NCBI RefSeq assembly: GCF_041146345.1
Contig: NW_027191415.1
Location: forward strand, 248,001-312,000
Origin: Neodothiora populina
Taxonomy: Eukaryota
Reading direction: 5' to 3'
Length of the DNA stretch: 64,000 nucleotides
Below are positions 13,308-25,867 of this stretch, in pieces. The notes beneath the pieces are model-generated. The model made no database searches. It worked only from the letters and a program-made list of their open reading frames with translations, and was not told where the DNA came from. The position numbers and the translations under genes were made by a program. The stretch's first letter is position 1. Every line of letters begins with the position of its first letter.

Positions 13308-13943
13308 GTGGCAGGCATTCAGGATCTTGATGTTTCCCAAACTCCTGCGGCAGCAGCATTATCGTCACCACAGTTGCCATCATCATCATCACCACCATCG
13401 CCACCTTCCTATTCTTACACACCAACGCTCCACCCCCAGTCTTCGCCTCAGTCATTACTCCAAGTCCCGGCCAATACCTACAAATCAAAATCAAAAGTGA
13501 AGGGTGATAAGCGCTCACGGGAACACCGACGCCCAACGGACAGGAAAAGACGACACCAGCGTGGTATATCTCTCAACACACTACTTCCTCACGACACAAT
13601 GACGGGCGTACGGGATCCTCAGTTCTGGAAACGATTCAGCGTCGCCGTACACCAAGATGACGAAGAATGGCTTGCCGCAGATGGAAAGCGTGAGCTAAAA
13701 GAATCGTATGTCCACCTGCAATACACCATTGTGTGAGCCAACCTGCATCCTCGAATATTGCTGACAAAGTGGACTAGTGATCAATGGCTCATACGGACGC
13801 AAAAGAAAAAGAGAGGCAACTATGCGCTGGTATGCATAATCTTCTGGCTCTTGCTCAGTGCAATAGTCGCTGGTGTGGTCATCACAATTGTGGTTTTGAT
13901 ACACAACGGCACTTTTGCCAGAATACATATCGGCACCAACTGA
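13308..13943 (+). CDS. Small fungal protein with a C-terminal transmembrane helix; start uncertain (first in-frame ATG 13599); intron 13706-13777
   Basis: RDPQFWKRFSVAVHQD splices in frame to SDQWL..KKKR followed by hydrophobic LVCIIFWLLLSAIVAGVVITIVVLI. Confidence 0.65.
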
Positions 13944-15215
13944 TGATGGTGTATGGTGTGGATGCCTGGTGCGACCACATTATTTCGACCATCATCTACT
14001 TGTCGGCCTGCTGGAATATACAACAGCTCTATGCTGTCAATCGTTCCGGATACAAATTGGTGTGGGCAACTGCTCGATAAAACGCACGTCAAATCGACTC
14101 TCGCGCACACATGAGCCTATGGACTGCCCATACCTGCCGCCTGGATGATGGCTGCATACGCCAAGAGTATGCACGAGGAGCTGTGGCAAAAGCACTCCTT
14201 ACTTTATATTAATGACGACGAAGAACATAATCAGACGCATTCCCTTTTATCTTCTTTTTTCCTGGGTTTTCCCTTCTATCCAAACGTTAGTTAAAAGTAC
14301 AGACTATCGAACTGCTATACTTTTGAAATACATTGCATACGAGAGCAAGGAGTTGGATTGAGGGCCGCAATGTACATAGACCGATTTTTCCTTGTTCCTT
14401 TTCTCAGCGAGGCTGAGAGCCAATATTTCGAGATTCGTTCGGTTGTTACGAGAATCTACGTTCTTCAACCATTTCTCTCTCTTCCTTGTGCATCACGTTC
14501 GACTCACTCTATTCGCACGTACACTTACCTCTTACTTTAATGATAAGAAAGAGTCGCCGTACGGTTGTGAAGCTCGACTGTGACAACTCTACTCTACCTT
14601 TTGAATGTACAAGCCGGCTGAAAAGTAGGGTAAGCATACAACCTGCCAAGCTCGCCGTGCATCCTTCATCTGCACTACAACTGCTGGCCTTGTTGATGAA
14701 TGCGCGATCTACACTCACAAGATCGGAACATCCATCTACGGTGGAGTCTAGCTCAAAGTGGCATACGCCTCTTGAGATTATGGACTCGAAAACTGTTGGT
14801 AGGCTGGCGAGAGGTGTATCGACTAGATCCATCTCACCTGAAAGTATGGCTTTTGAGCATTGGGATTCGTTGCGATCCGAACAAAGAAGCAGTTACTATC
14901 ATGTGCCTCCACTCAATGCCTTTCAGTCACTTCTTTCATGGCGGCCCCGGATCCGTCTTTTTGCATAGCAGTGAGCCCCCTGAAGCTACTGGACTAGAAG
15001 TGACTGCGAGACTTGGGATTCGAATTCCTTTGTCACGATGAAGAGAGCAAGATACTCGTGGTGTATTCGACCGATGGTTTCGATATACCATTACCAGTTG
15101 GGATGGAGGACAAAGGGGCAGATGTCCGTACATGGCCGTATGCGGCCGTAACTAACAAAGAACATTTCGTTGCTCCTCGATGGCGTAGTCGACGTAAAAA
15201 GGGGGCAATCCTCTC

Positions 15216-17042
15216 ATGAAGTATCATGTAACAGTCCAGATACTCTCGAGCGGTCGAAAGGGCTGGGAAAACATGGCAACTTCTGTTCAACCTCCTCAAC
15301 AACTGCCCGAAATCGAGCGGCTGAGGAGAGATCCTTTGGTCCGAAAATACGGACTCGAAAGACTCAACCAAGAAGGATTCATCAATCTCGAGCAACCTGT
15401 TCAGTACGAAAAGGTTCAGCCAAACCTAAGTCACGAGGACTGGAAATGGACGCCACCCAGATCGAATGACCCGGTGCATCCTGTTTTCCGTTATGATCGG
15501 TTTCAGGGCCTGACCAGACATGACTACAATACGTATCTGAGGCCAGTCGTACAGCTAGCGACTTGTTTCCTGACTGGTCTGAGTGTCTTGCCTTTTTTCT
15601 GCGACTTGCTAGTTCGACCAAAGACTAGAATCAGAGATCCTGAAGGGGTCAAGCTATTCGGGCGTCGATTACGTAGTTTCGGGGATGCTCGGGGTCCCAT
15701 GAGGAGGGATGAGACAGAGCAGACATGGCGGAGACTCGCCGACCTCAGCAGATATGTGACATGGAAGTTCGTCGATCCACCAGGGCCTCAAACCCTCCTC
15801 GTGACGAACAGGATCCAAGGGGCCTCAGGCAACATTGCAGGAATTACAAGCAGTTCGAACGTCTCAATCAGAGTACAATTCCTCGACATTCTGAAAGGAA
15901 CGAGCCACTCGCAACAACTCAAATACACAACCAAAGGCGGACCCCTCCCCTTCGCCGCACCAGACCAAGCCAACATCCTAAGCGAGACTCTACGAAAAGA
16001 AGACGCCCGTCTCCGAACAACAGTGCACCTAGCCGTGCTCATGTGCCATGAACTCGCCCACGCAGCAGGCTTCGCCTACGAGCCTATCAGCGCGCGAGAA
16101 TTCGGGAGTTTCCGCGACAGAGGCACGATGGCAAACCCTCAGCCCCCCGAACTCTTCTATCGTGACGACCACATGTGCGAGCTCGGCTGGGCCTACCAAC
16201 AAGTCGTCTTCGGCGGCCTGATGGACACCATCGGGGCGGGAACTCACGCGGACATGCGCTTCGCCTGGGGCGCGTACATGTCTGATTTCGCGGGTAAACG
16301 CTAGCCGCCTGTGGGCAGCGTGTATTATGAGCGCAAGAGCCCGATTGTTGTCGGTGGGCCGAATGTGTCGCTTAGGAGAGCGGTCGCTATGCAGTGGTTT
16401 CGCAAAATGTCCGATACGAGGTTCTGGGACAAGGAGGTTTGGTTGGATGCTGGGCAGGGGCTCAAGCCTGAGTGGACGCAGTTTGTGGCTGAGACGCCGA
16501 TTTTGCCGGATCCGGTGGTTGTGGGTTCCCCTAGCGGTGGTTCTGGCAGTGGTAGACCATCTAGTCGTGGCGGCCCCGCTGGACGTGGTGGTCCCCCATC
16601 TGGCAATCCCCCTGGTCCTGGCGATCCTTCTGGTCGAGGCGGTACTTCCGCTCGTGGCAATCCATCTGGTCGAGGTAAACCCTCTGCTAGCGGACCTTCC
16701 AGTCGTGGCAATCCATCTAGTCGTGGCGCTCCCTCTGGTCGAGGCAGCCCTTCATCCAGCAGAGGGCCTTCCGGCAATGAACCGTCGCACAACCCAACTC
16801 CAACAAGAAACGTCTGGACAGGTCAATCCCGGGGTCAACAGACCGGTGGTGGCAGTGGCGCTGATCCTCCTACTTCTTCTGCCAGTGGAAGAGGAGGCGG
16901 ACCATCGACTACCAATCCCCCACGCACCAATCCCTCAAGCACCAATCCCTCAAGCACCAATCCTCCGACATCAGGAAATCGACCGGGAAATGTCTGGAGC
17001 GGGCAATCGTGGAGTCAGCGGGGTCGAGGGCGGGGGTCGTAG
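15216..17042 (+). pseudogene. Hypothetical HExxH zinc-metalloprotease-like protein with G/S/P/R-rich tail, interrupted by one in-frame TAG (16302-16304)
   Basis: ORFs 15216-16304 and 16311-17042 are in the same frame (AGKR*PPVGSV). Motif LMCHELAHA, with a later ELGW..VFGG. Confidence 0.55.
16540..16965 (+). repeat. Degenerate coding tandem repeats (P-S-S/G-R-G units of about 18 nt; TNPSS units of 15 nt)
   Basis: Recurring CC(A/T)TCT(A/G)GTCG(T/A)GG units, and ACCAATCCCTCAAGC twice with flanking variants. Confidence 0.7.
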
Positions 17043-17504
17043 TCATTCTTTATTTTCTCCTCGTTCTTCTTGTTTCTTTTTATTCTATGCTCGTGGAATC
17101 ATCAAGTATATGATGTTGACCGGAAGAGACCGGTCATTTTATTCATGGGAGGGGAGAAGTGAAAGACTACAAGGCCATCCAGCGGACCTATCTGCGAAGT
17201 ACTAGATACTCATTATGTTACTATCGGCCTGTAGGAATGATATCGATACTCGAATTCAGCTTGGGCGCGTCTAGATGTCTCCACTACAGAACGTCCAAGC
17301 CCAAGCCATTGTTTATCAAAAGATGATACTGGTCTTCTGACCGACGATCAAGCCCAACACCGCATAAACCCCCCCTCCAAACTCCTCGCACGAAATGCCT
17401 GCCTAAGGAAAAAGCAAGCAATCACCACAAACCCTCAGCCGCACCTCAACGCCCCTCCCCCCGCTCGAATTCCAACCACAAAAGCAAGAGTAGAAACAAA
17501 CCTC

Positions 17505-18476
17505 TCAATCCACCCACCCCTCAACCCCCAACCCCTTCTCTCCGCGCTTCTTAACAACAGCATACCGCCCCAGCTCAAACCACTCATACGCCCACCGCGC
17601 ACACTCGACCGCGCCACGATGCCACTCTAACGCACTTGCGTTCCGTGCCTCCTCGCGCCCAGTCCAGATACACGTCGCTAGATTCTCGCCTGAGACTGGG
17701 TCGGGCGAGAAGTAGAAATACATCAGGAGTCCGCCCGAGGAGACTGCTTCCTCGTGGGCGGCTTTGTCGCTTGAGTAGAGCGTTTGGCTGGTCTGGAGGT
17801 GTGATTGCTGGTGTTCTTGCTGTTGGTCGGGGGTGGAAGGAGAGGCAGAGGCAGAGGGAGGGGCAGGGCGCCGACGACTGCGGAAGATTACGCCGTAGTA
17901 GCGTGCTTCTTGGTCTTCTGGCAACTGCAGAGATGACCAGTTGAAGAGAAGCCGCAAGAGAGCGAGGGTGGGTTCTTGGGACGTAGCGGTTAGGGTTGAG
18001 AAGGGGCATTTTTGCGCTGTGGAGTCAGTGGTTGGAGAGGAGTGATGGTGAGACGATGGTGGGACTCGGGATAGTCGCGACAAGGCGGGAAAGGGATTCG
18101 TTGTCGTTGGGCGCAGGGAGTGCAGTGCTTTCCATAGATCATAATCTTTCGAGTCGAGGGTCGGGAGTCGAGATATCGTATATGTTAGGTTTGGGTCTAT
18201 GCTCTCGTATGCAAGAGTCCCTGGGATCCGTCGATTCTTCTGAGGGTGCAGGTAGGAGGACTGCTTGTCTTGATATAGATCTGAGTCTTCGCTCTCTGCC
18301 TCATCATATGCTTCTTTGTCGAATGAAACGGGAAGACGTGACATGATCGGTAATGGCATTGGCAACAGAGGCTGCTGGGAATATGCCTTTCGGGGACATT
18401 CGAGTGCATTGACTGATGACCATTTTGCTTGTGAGTCTATCAGACGGCCTAGCTCTGGTCCAGCGCATACGGCCAT
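17505..18476 (-). CDS. Conserved hypothetical protein, resembles the UPF0643 family (recalled, not searched)
   Basis: 323-aa ORF with YYGVIFRS..D..AHEEA..SGGLL.YF..PD..G.NLATCIW...A....H pattern. Confidence 0.7.
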   Translation of the reverse strand: MAVCAGPELGRLIDSQAKWSSVNALECPRKAYSQQPLLPMPLPIMSRLPVSFDKEAYDEAESEDSDLYQDKQSSYLHPQKNRRIPGTLAYESIDPNLTYTISRLPTLDSKDYDLWKALHSLRPTTTNPFPALSRLSRVPPSSHHHSSPTTDSTAQKCPFSTLTATSQEPTLALLRLLFNWSSLQLPEDQEARYYGVIFRSRRRPAPPSASASPSTPDQQQEHQQSHLQTSQTLYSSDKAAHEEAVSSGGLLMYFYFSPDPVSGENLATCIWTGREEARNASALEWHRGAVECARWAYEWFELGRYAVVKKRGEKGLGVEGWVD

Positions 18477-20604
18477 TTTGCCTTTCTTACTTATTTTGCT
18501 TATACAGTTATTTCCGGAAAGATGCAGCGACGAGATATATTGTAGTGTGGATATTCAACACTGGAGTACAATAGACTTTCACAACACCACCAATAATTAT
18601 ATGAATAGAGAAAAGAGAGAGCAGGAAGAAGATAAATAGTAATAAGAAACGAAAGAGTACCAACCAAAGGTATATCGCCTTGTCCGATGTTATGGCGGCA
18701 GATCCGTCATGTATGGCGATGCATCACGCAAGCCAGGCCCAAGATTAGCACATAGCAGCACAAGGACAACCGAAAAACAAAGGCGTTACACCGCACACCT
18801 ACACAACTCCAATCTGCATCGCAGGCAATGTATTCGTAATGAAACAAAATAACAAGAAAAAGCGCAACACGACTCCTCGTTCTCTACAGCACATACACCG
18901 CTCAACGAAAGACCTACTACTGTACTGCAGCGCGATAAAAGGAGAGAAAAGATCCCTCCCTATCATCCCCCAAGCCATGCAACGCCAATGCTTGTCTTAT
19001 CTCTGAGAAACTCTGCCCATAACGAGCTTCTTCTCTCGAGCTCCCCCAAAGACCTATAGCTTTATTTCCTTTGCGTTGGCAGCGACACGCAAGAGAAGGC
19101 AGCAGCCACCGGACAAGAAAAAGGGTTGAGACATCGAAGGGGTGTGAGTGGTAGTGGCTAGAGCTTCTCCTCATCGCTTTCGTTGAGAGCAAGCACATGA
19201 GGGGCTTTATTTCAAGAAAGAGAACCAGGATGAGTCGTCGTGTACTGTAGGTACAGTAAGGTAGAGTAATCTGATGTACCTTGCATATCGCGCCTACCCC
19301 GGCTTAGACAATTTGTTCCTCTTACTTTTCGTGCTCTCTCTTCTTCGCGAAACTCAAGGCATGCATAGCTATCGTACCTTGTAGTGTATCATGCCCGCTG
19401 TTGTCGCAGTCCAGCAGACGAAGCATTGCCTATCGAGATAAGCAGATGACGAACCCTCGGTACGGTAACACAGATATGCGAACATCGCGTTACCCGTCAA
19501 CATACGAGCTTGTTTCGCTTTTTTATCTTTTTCCCCCGCTAATTAACACATCGCAATATCGCGCAATCTTTCGTCCCTGACTACACGCTAGTCCGTCTTG
19601 ACCTACCGTACCTTTTCCCTTTTATACAGTAGTCTAGGTACATTCGGGTACAAGCGTAGAGAAAGGGTCCGGAGAGGGGGACTAAGGTACAGCAACTTGC
19701 TCTTATAACGACGCATGTCCGAAGCTTTAGCGTTGATTAAGCAAATGAATGCATGAGTGGTGATCGATAATGGAGACGGAGGGTGACCTACTCTGTTGGT
19801 CCAGATGAGATTGACTTTAATCTCACGATGTTGTCAATTCAATGAGTGAAGGGGTGGCGGTCATGAGTGAATGTATCGTTGTTGCAGACACCTGTAATAT
19901 CGCAGTGTTTTCTTGTACGCTGTCTGGATTTTCGTAAAGGAAAAACCCACTGCATTTAGGCATTGGTTGTCCATTGGCATGTTACTACCTAGTCGATGAT
20001 AAAGTCGGTGGAATGCGGCTGTCATGTCATGTGCACAGAAAGACAGTAATATAAAACTTGCTGGTAGAAATGCAAGTCTTGTACAACCCAATACCAGACA
20101 TCGCTATCGCTATGACAAGTACTCCATGTAGCCATATGCTGAAGACATGCCAATAATACTGAAATACTGCTTCAAGACGCAATATAGAGCATAAAGACAT
20201 AGCATTGTATTTGGCGTGCCAATCATATCTAACAACTCAAGAAGCAAGAATGAAAACATTTCATGATAAGCATCGGTCGCGTAGCATTCTGATCCCTTCC
20301 TTTTTTCATTTTCCTAGGACCAAATTCATTAAAGTCGTTCTTTCAAAATCAAGAGCCCGAGTATCAAGTCACTGAATCTGAAGTGAATATGCTCGTAGCA
20401 TCAGTGATGTGGTTGAGACCTTCCCCAACCCCAAAAGATTTCATCTCGTTGTCGTTATGCTTCGAGATTCGTTGCTCGTAGTGTCATTCATCGTCACAGC
20501 GCTTCACAGCGCCCCCTCATTAGCCTTGCCATTCGTTTCTTGTCATTAGTCGTGAGGTACGACGACATTTGACCCCGTCCTGTTTGTCCTACATCTGCTA
20601 CCCT

Positions 20605-23600
20605 TCAATGTTCGATCAAAGCAGGCTTGCTTATGAGACCTCTCAACTCTTTCCGCCTAGCCTCACGTCGTGTCTCTTCTCTCTCAACACGTCGATTCTC
20701 AAGGCGGTCTTGAATCTCGCGCACGCTCAATGCCTGCACCTGGAGACCCAGCCCGGGAATCTTGTATCCCATGACGCCACCTCGACTTTGCCTGCGGAGA
20801 CTGCGCTGGCTCGGACGCTTGCGGAGAGTGCCGTTGCGGTGGGAAAGCGACTCGGTCGAGGACTTGGACTTGAGTTTCGAGGAGTGCCTCTCCCTTGGTA
20901 CATGTGGAGCAGGAGCAGCAGGCGAGGCACTTCGCTTTGCCGTGTTTCCCTTGATTGGGCTGGTCAAGCCATAAGCTGGCATCTGTGGAGACGAGCTGGC
21001 GAAAAATGGCAATACGAAGGTCGTTGCTGGAGTCGAGTGCGATCTTTTCTGTTTTGCAAGGCTAGAGTCTTCATCGATCCCTTCTCTGCGCCCGCGTGCA
21101 CTGCGATTGGTCAGTTTTTGGTCACCTGATTTGCTACAGATCAATGAGTACCGTAGATCAATGTAATGACGACGGTTGTTTGTGCCATGTCTATCGATGC
21201 CGAGAGTATTGCCAACCAAGAAACCTCCACTGCCGCTGAAGCCGGGCATCCGAACAGACATCTTTCGAGGCCACTTGATGCCCATTTGCTTACGTTTCAG
21301 AGATGCTACGTCACTTGTATCGCCACCCGGGGGCAGACGATCATGCTCAGGGTCTGGATCAAGGTAGGACTCATAGTCACCAAGCTCGGAGTCGTCCGAT
21401 TCCAAGTCGTCCCAAAATGCACGAGGGCGCCAGAAAGGATGTAAAGTGTGATTACGATCATGCTCACTGACTGGTCGTTGCGAGGACGTTGATCGTCGGC
21501 TTTCTGTGATACGTAGAGGTAGGAAAGGCTGCATGAACGATTCAGAGTAGCGGCGCGCTCTCTGCACAAGAGACCCTCGGCGTTGAGGAGCACCTGGTCG
21601 TTCTGGTCGTTCTGTTTCGATAGTCGCGTTTGCTTGGGCCTCGAGGTCTGGGACAGGAGTGGGAGGAATGACCACCACAGGAGGCATTGGTGCAGGTCGT
21701 GGGTTCAACAATGGACTGTCACTCGTGGTGTTGTGCTTGCTCTCAAGGTGTGCTAAAGGAGTGATGGGTCTAAGAGTTGAGGCAGGGAAGATTGATAGCA
21801 GCGGTCCAACAAGCTCTGCAGAGGACGAGTCGCTTTCAGTCGGTGTACTGATCTCGTCTATAGCCGATGGTAGCCTTGAATTTGCCAATGACTCGGCATT
21901 GTGTCGACGAGACGGATGTTGCACGAGCAGTAAGCTATCATTGCCGTGTGGATACAGATTGACAGCCTGAGCTTCACTGATATCAATTGCGTCGGTTCGA
22001 TCAGACACTTGAGACAAAGCACCCGGAGTCTTACTTGCATGAAGATGGCGGGCATTGGCGTGAGATTGGTCAATGGATATCCGTGGTGAGATGGGCATCT
22101 GATCATACAGATTTGGGCGGCAAAGATCTTTCGCTACATCAGACAATGGCCCCGCTACATTTCCACCAGTCGAAGCATTATCAAGAGATGCTGAGCGGCG
22201 ATCAGAAGGTGGAGCCAATGAGTCACGAGTTTCGAGCGTTCTAGCACTCGATTTGGACCCATAAGGCAAGGACAACGCCGCCGGTCTGGCAGCATGTTCG
22301 TAGCTATCAACCGACAACGGGGCGGAGGCATGACGAAGTCTATGAGAAGGCCCTCGCATCAAGGGCTCCGGTGCCGCATGCGTATTTGCAGTTGTCGCCT
22401 GTTTTCTATGCGACAAATTTTGTGAAGTCGTATTATTCGCAGTCTCATACTCATTCTGCGAGAGATGCCCCGAAGGTCTCGTGTGGTGCAAATGGTGCTG
22501 CTGATCCGTAAGCAAAGGCGTCTTGTCATGGCTAAAGGGTGGTAGAAACGAAGCAGAATTGAGCGATGTGCATCGACCGGGAATGACGATTACCTGGATT
22601 TTGTCTGGAAGCTTGGCCTCTGGGTTGGACACCGACCTCACCGTGTCATCCAAAGCTTCAAGGCGAGACGGAAGCTTCGCTTTCTTATGCCTCAATGAAT
22701 GAGAATGGCTACGGCTGACTGTAGACTCAAGAGAAGAGCGGCTGGAAGAAATATCGTCTCGGAGAGCTAGATTCTTCCCGGCATGTCGTAATATCCTTTT
22801 CTTCGGCCTGGGCCCAGGTATAACGACGGCCTCCACCGTGGTCGATGTCTGCGAAATCCCAGACAGCCTCTTGGACTTCTCATCTCGAATTGCCTTGTAG
22901 AGCATGTCGTTAATCGCAGTATGCCATGTGTGCTCATCCTTGTCACTTGTCGACGAGGAGTCAAGAGAACCTCTGGTTTTATAATTCTGTCCATCGTGCT
23001 CACGTGAAATTGTTTGACCCTGTTTAACGAGATTTGCCGGTGCCTGGTCCAACGGTTCCCCGTTTAGTCGTACCTGCATGTCGATTGCATGAGATTCAAG
23101 TAGTGACTTCGACCGTTGCTTGCGAACAGTCACATTCCTCGTGGGGGATACATCGGCCGTACTTCCAGAACCATTCAATGACTTTCGCGGGGTGGACAAA
23201 TCTTCACTCTTACGCGGCCTTAGAGTTTCATGACTTGTTCGTCTCGTGGGCGTATCGTCATCGGCACTACTCCCAGTACTCTTCTCGTCGCACGTACTGG
23301 AAGAACCAGGTGGCCGAGGAGATTCCGACCGCAGACTCCTTGAAGCGTCGAGCCAATTCCTGTCAGCAGCATTCTCCGCCAGCGGTAGACTGATCTGACT
23401 CGATTGAGTGCTGCACAGGCTCGGATCCTCTCTCGCAGTGACGAACGATTCTGTGCGTGAGGAACTGAATTGGGGCATTGGTGGACGAGGGACGTTCAAC
23501 ATCTCTGGGCGATTGGAGGGTGGGGTCAGGTCGGGAGTGAGCGGACAAGGTGGATATACAGGTGTGCTCAGTCTCGAATTCTGTGCAGGCAAGGGGCCGA

Positions 23601-23997
23601 CATGCACCATTCCAGCAGCGGAGTGCTCAGGCATCTGGGTGGGAGGCGTGGGTGGTAGAGTAGCAATTTTGTGATTCAGACTAATAGGCATGTGAGCCTT
23701 GTTGCCATATCCCTCGTGTAGGCTCCCATCAGATGCGCTGTCATCTGCTGCATCATCGTCATTGACCTCGTCCTCGTCCTCGTCCTCGTCCTCTTCATCT
23801 GTGCCACCTCCTCTCTGGTGCGACGTGGTAATCGTCGTGACTGTAGACGATGATGTGAAGTCATTCATGACTGGGCGTATGGGATTTCGCTCTTCCTTTT
23901 GTTTGAAGGGTAGCGATTGATATGCCCTCATGAAGGATGAATTGTTGAATGACTTTTCCAGGAGGGCAAAGGCATCATCGTACTGCCTGTCTGGCAT
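20605..23997 (-). CDS. Large, mostly disordered Ser/Pro/Arg-rich hypothetical protein (~1130 aa)
   Basis: Single 3.4-kb ORF with first ATG at 23997. It has an acidic tract near 23760-23800, conserved-looking islands LHPFWRPRAFWDDL and GFLVGNTLGIDRHGTNNRRHY, and a charged C-terminal helix. Confidence 0.8.
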   Translation of the reverse strand: MPDRQYDDAFALLEKSFNNSSFMRAYQSLPFKQKEERNPIRPVMNDFTSSSTVTTITTSHQRGGGTDEEDEDEDEDEVNDDDAADDSASDGSLHEGYGNKAHMPISLNHKIATLPPTPPTQMPEHSAAGMVHVGPLPAQNSRLSTPVYPPCPLTPDLTPPSNRPEMLNVPRPPMPQFSSSRTESFVTAREDPSLCSTQSSQISLPLAENAADRNWLDASRSLRSESPRPPGSSSTCDEKSTGSSADDDTPTRRTSHETLRPRKSEDLSTPRKSLNGSGSTADVSPTRNVTVRKQRSKSLLESHAIDMQVRLNGEPLDQAPANLVKQGQTISREHDGQNYKTRGSLDSSSTSDKDEHTWHTAINDMLYKAIRDEKSKRLSGISQTSTTVEAVVIPGPRPKKRILRHAGKNLALRDDISSSRSSLESTVSRSHSHSLRHKKAKLPSRLEALDDTVRSVSNPEAKLPDKIQVIVIPGRCTSLNSASFLPPFSHDKTPLLTDQQHHLHHTRPSGHLSQNEYETANNTTSQNLSHRKQATTANTHAAPEPLMRGPSHRLRHASAPLSVDSYEHAARPAALSLPYGSKSSARTLETRDSLAPPSDRRSASLDNASTGGNVAGPLSDVAKDLCRPNLYDQMPISPRISIDQSHANARHLHASKTPGALSQVSDRTDAIDISEAQAVNLYPHGNDSLLLVQHPSRRHNAESLANSRLPSAIDEISTPTESDSSSAELVGPLLSIFPASTLRPITPLAHLESKHNTTSDSPLLNPRPAPMPPVVVIPPTPVPDLEAQANATIETERPERPGAPQRRGSLVQRARRYSESFMQPFLPLRITESRRSTSSQRPVSEHDRNHTLHPFWRPRAFWDDLESDDSELGDYESYLDPDPEHDRLPPGGDTSDVASLKRKQMGIKWPRKMSVRMPGFSGSGGFLVGNTLGIDRHGTNNRRHYIDLRYSLICSKSGDQKLTNRSARGRREGIDEDSSLAKQKRSHSTPATTFVLPFFASSSPQMPAYGLTSPIKGNTAKRSASPAAPAPHVPRERHSSKLKSKSSTESLSHRNGTLRKRPSQRSLRRQSRGGVMGYKIPGLGLQVQALSVREIQDRLENRRVEREETRREARRKELRGLISKPALIEH

Positions 23998-25867
23998 GGT
24001 GACACCAGGAGAACAAAGCTGGTCAGATTTGAGTAGTTGGCACAAGAGCCTTGGCTAGAGGAAAGATATGGGAAGAATGCTATGTCATGCTACGTATTTC
24101 ATCCTGAGAGACAGAAAGGAAATTGAGCGACCAATCGCATGAAGGGTCAACGGTTGGTGATTGCGTCCTAGGGAATGGGCATGTTCACAGTGGAGATTTT
24201 TGCAGCTATCGTCAATTGTGAAGATGTACAGTCGTTGTAGGAGCTAGATCCCTCGCGCGGCTAATTATGATATTTTGAGAAATTGTCGAGCTGAACGGCT
24301 TCGCTGCGCACTTGTGGTTTCATGCAGCTACCTAAGGCATGCTCGGTCCGATCCTTGATGGAAACCTGAGCACACGCGTAGACTACCAGGGATCAGGCAA
24401 GGGCAGAACAAAGCAGACAGTGTGCGGGAAAAGCAGGAGGACACTATCCAGGAGAAGTTCTCGTGTTGGCGACGCAGAAGGCTTGATCGCGAAGGAGGGA
24501 ATGGCAAACTTACTTGACTGGTGCGACAATTGTGAGAAAGCAAGAAGACGGGGATGTGACGTGAAGATGCAGTTCCTTGCCTGATTGGGTCCACCCGCGG
24601 CGCACTGTTGGCGCGTCCGACCGGCACGGGAGACAGATAGATCACAATCTTGCAAGGGTGGAATGTGTACCGACAATAAATGCGACCCGGCAAGCTACCT
24701 GACTTGCTCCAATTACAATGCCGTGGGAAGAAGGTAAGGCAAGGCCTCCAAGGCGTCTCGGCGGATATGGGCAGGTCGATTGCAAGCAAGCTACACTATT
24801 GCAGTATCAGATGCGACGGGGACCGACTGCGGAAAGTTGTTGTCGCTGCAGCACGAGAAAAGAGAAGTCGACTTTAGCGACGCGGACCAAGATGCATGGA
24901 AATGTTGTTAGCCGAGTATGATGGCAGTACCCCGGCAGAAGCGACACGTTGGCCTGACTCTTCCGTGTCAGTCGTGCATGCATGAGAAGGCACGCATGTC
25001 GAGCCAGTGTGATTGATGGTGAGACAACACCTTTGATACTCTGTAAGGTAAGGTAGGCCTTCCGGAATGCCAGGAACGAAATGGACTCGGTATCCGTCTG
25101 GGCCCCGGTGTCCACCGGGTCTTTCTCTGTCGGCCGCAAAGGAAGAGGTGCCGATGTTGTGCCCCTCAGTCAGCGGCTGTAGCGTAGCGCGAGGATTTTG
25201 GTGACGAATCGCGATGCTACAAGTACTGTACACTAAGGTATCTCGCATGAAACCGGACTTTGGTCAGCGCCGGACTCTTTCGCTGTGAACACGGCATTGA
25301 TGGGATGAGGTTCTGTCAGTGACGTGCGATTGGCTTGACTTGCTGGAGGATCAGCTCTGGCAGCAGCCTTTTCCACCCGCCATTCTGGAAGTAGGCGATT
25401 ATGTAGGTGGGCATGCGATGCATGACTTTTACCAATTGCTAAACAATCCACTCTACCCTCAAAGATCGCTCATATGCAACAATGCTGGTCATAGTCATGT
25501 TCAAAATCAGCGATTGCTGGTGATCATGTTCATCAGGTCTTGCATTTGTCAACGGAACAGTGTTTTGAACGAGATTCAGATTCATTGCATGCTAACGTGA
25601 CCGTCCCTGCCCACCAGCTGACTTTCGACCGCCCCGATCCAAGTGTCGTATTCTTGACCAGGGTGGGCCGAAATGGGTGAATCTCAGCTTCTGTTCGAGC
25701 AAAAAGGAAGCATTGCATTTTTATGTCCCTACGCCTTTTTGATGGACGAGTTATTGAGCCCTTGATAAATTCCACATGCAATGATGCTCAATTCCATCGT
25801 TCACGCTCGAGAAAATTGCATTGCCAGCGCCAACACCCAGAGATGATATCATGTGCGTCAAAACAAT

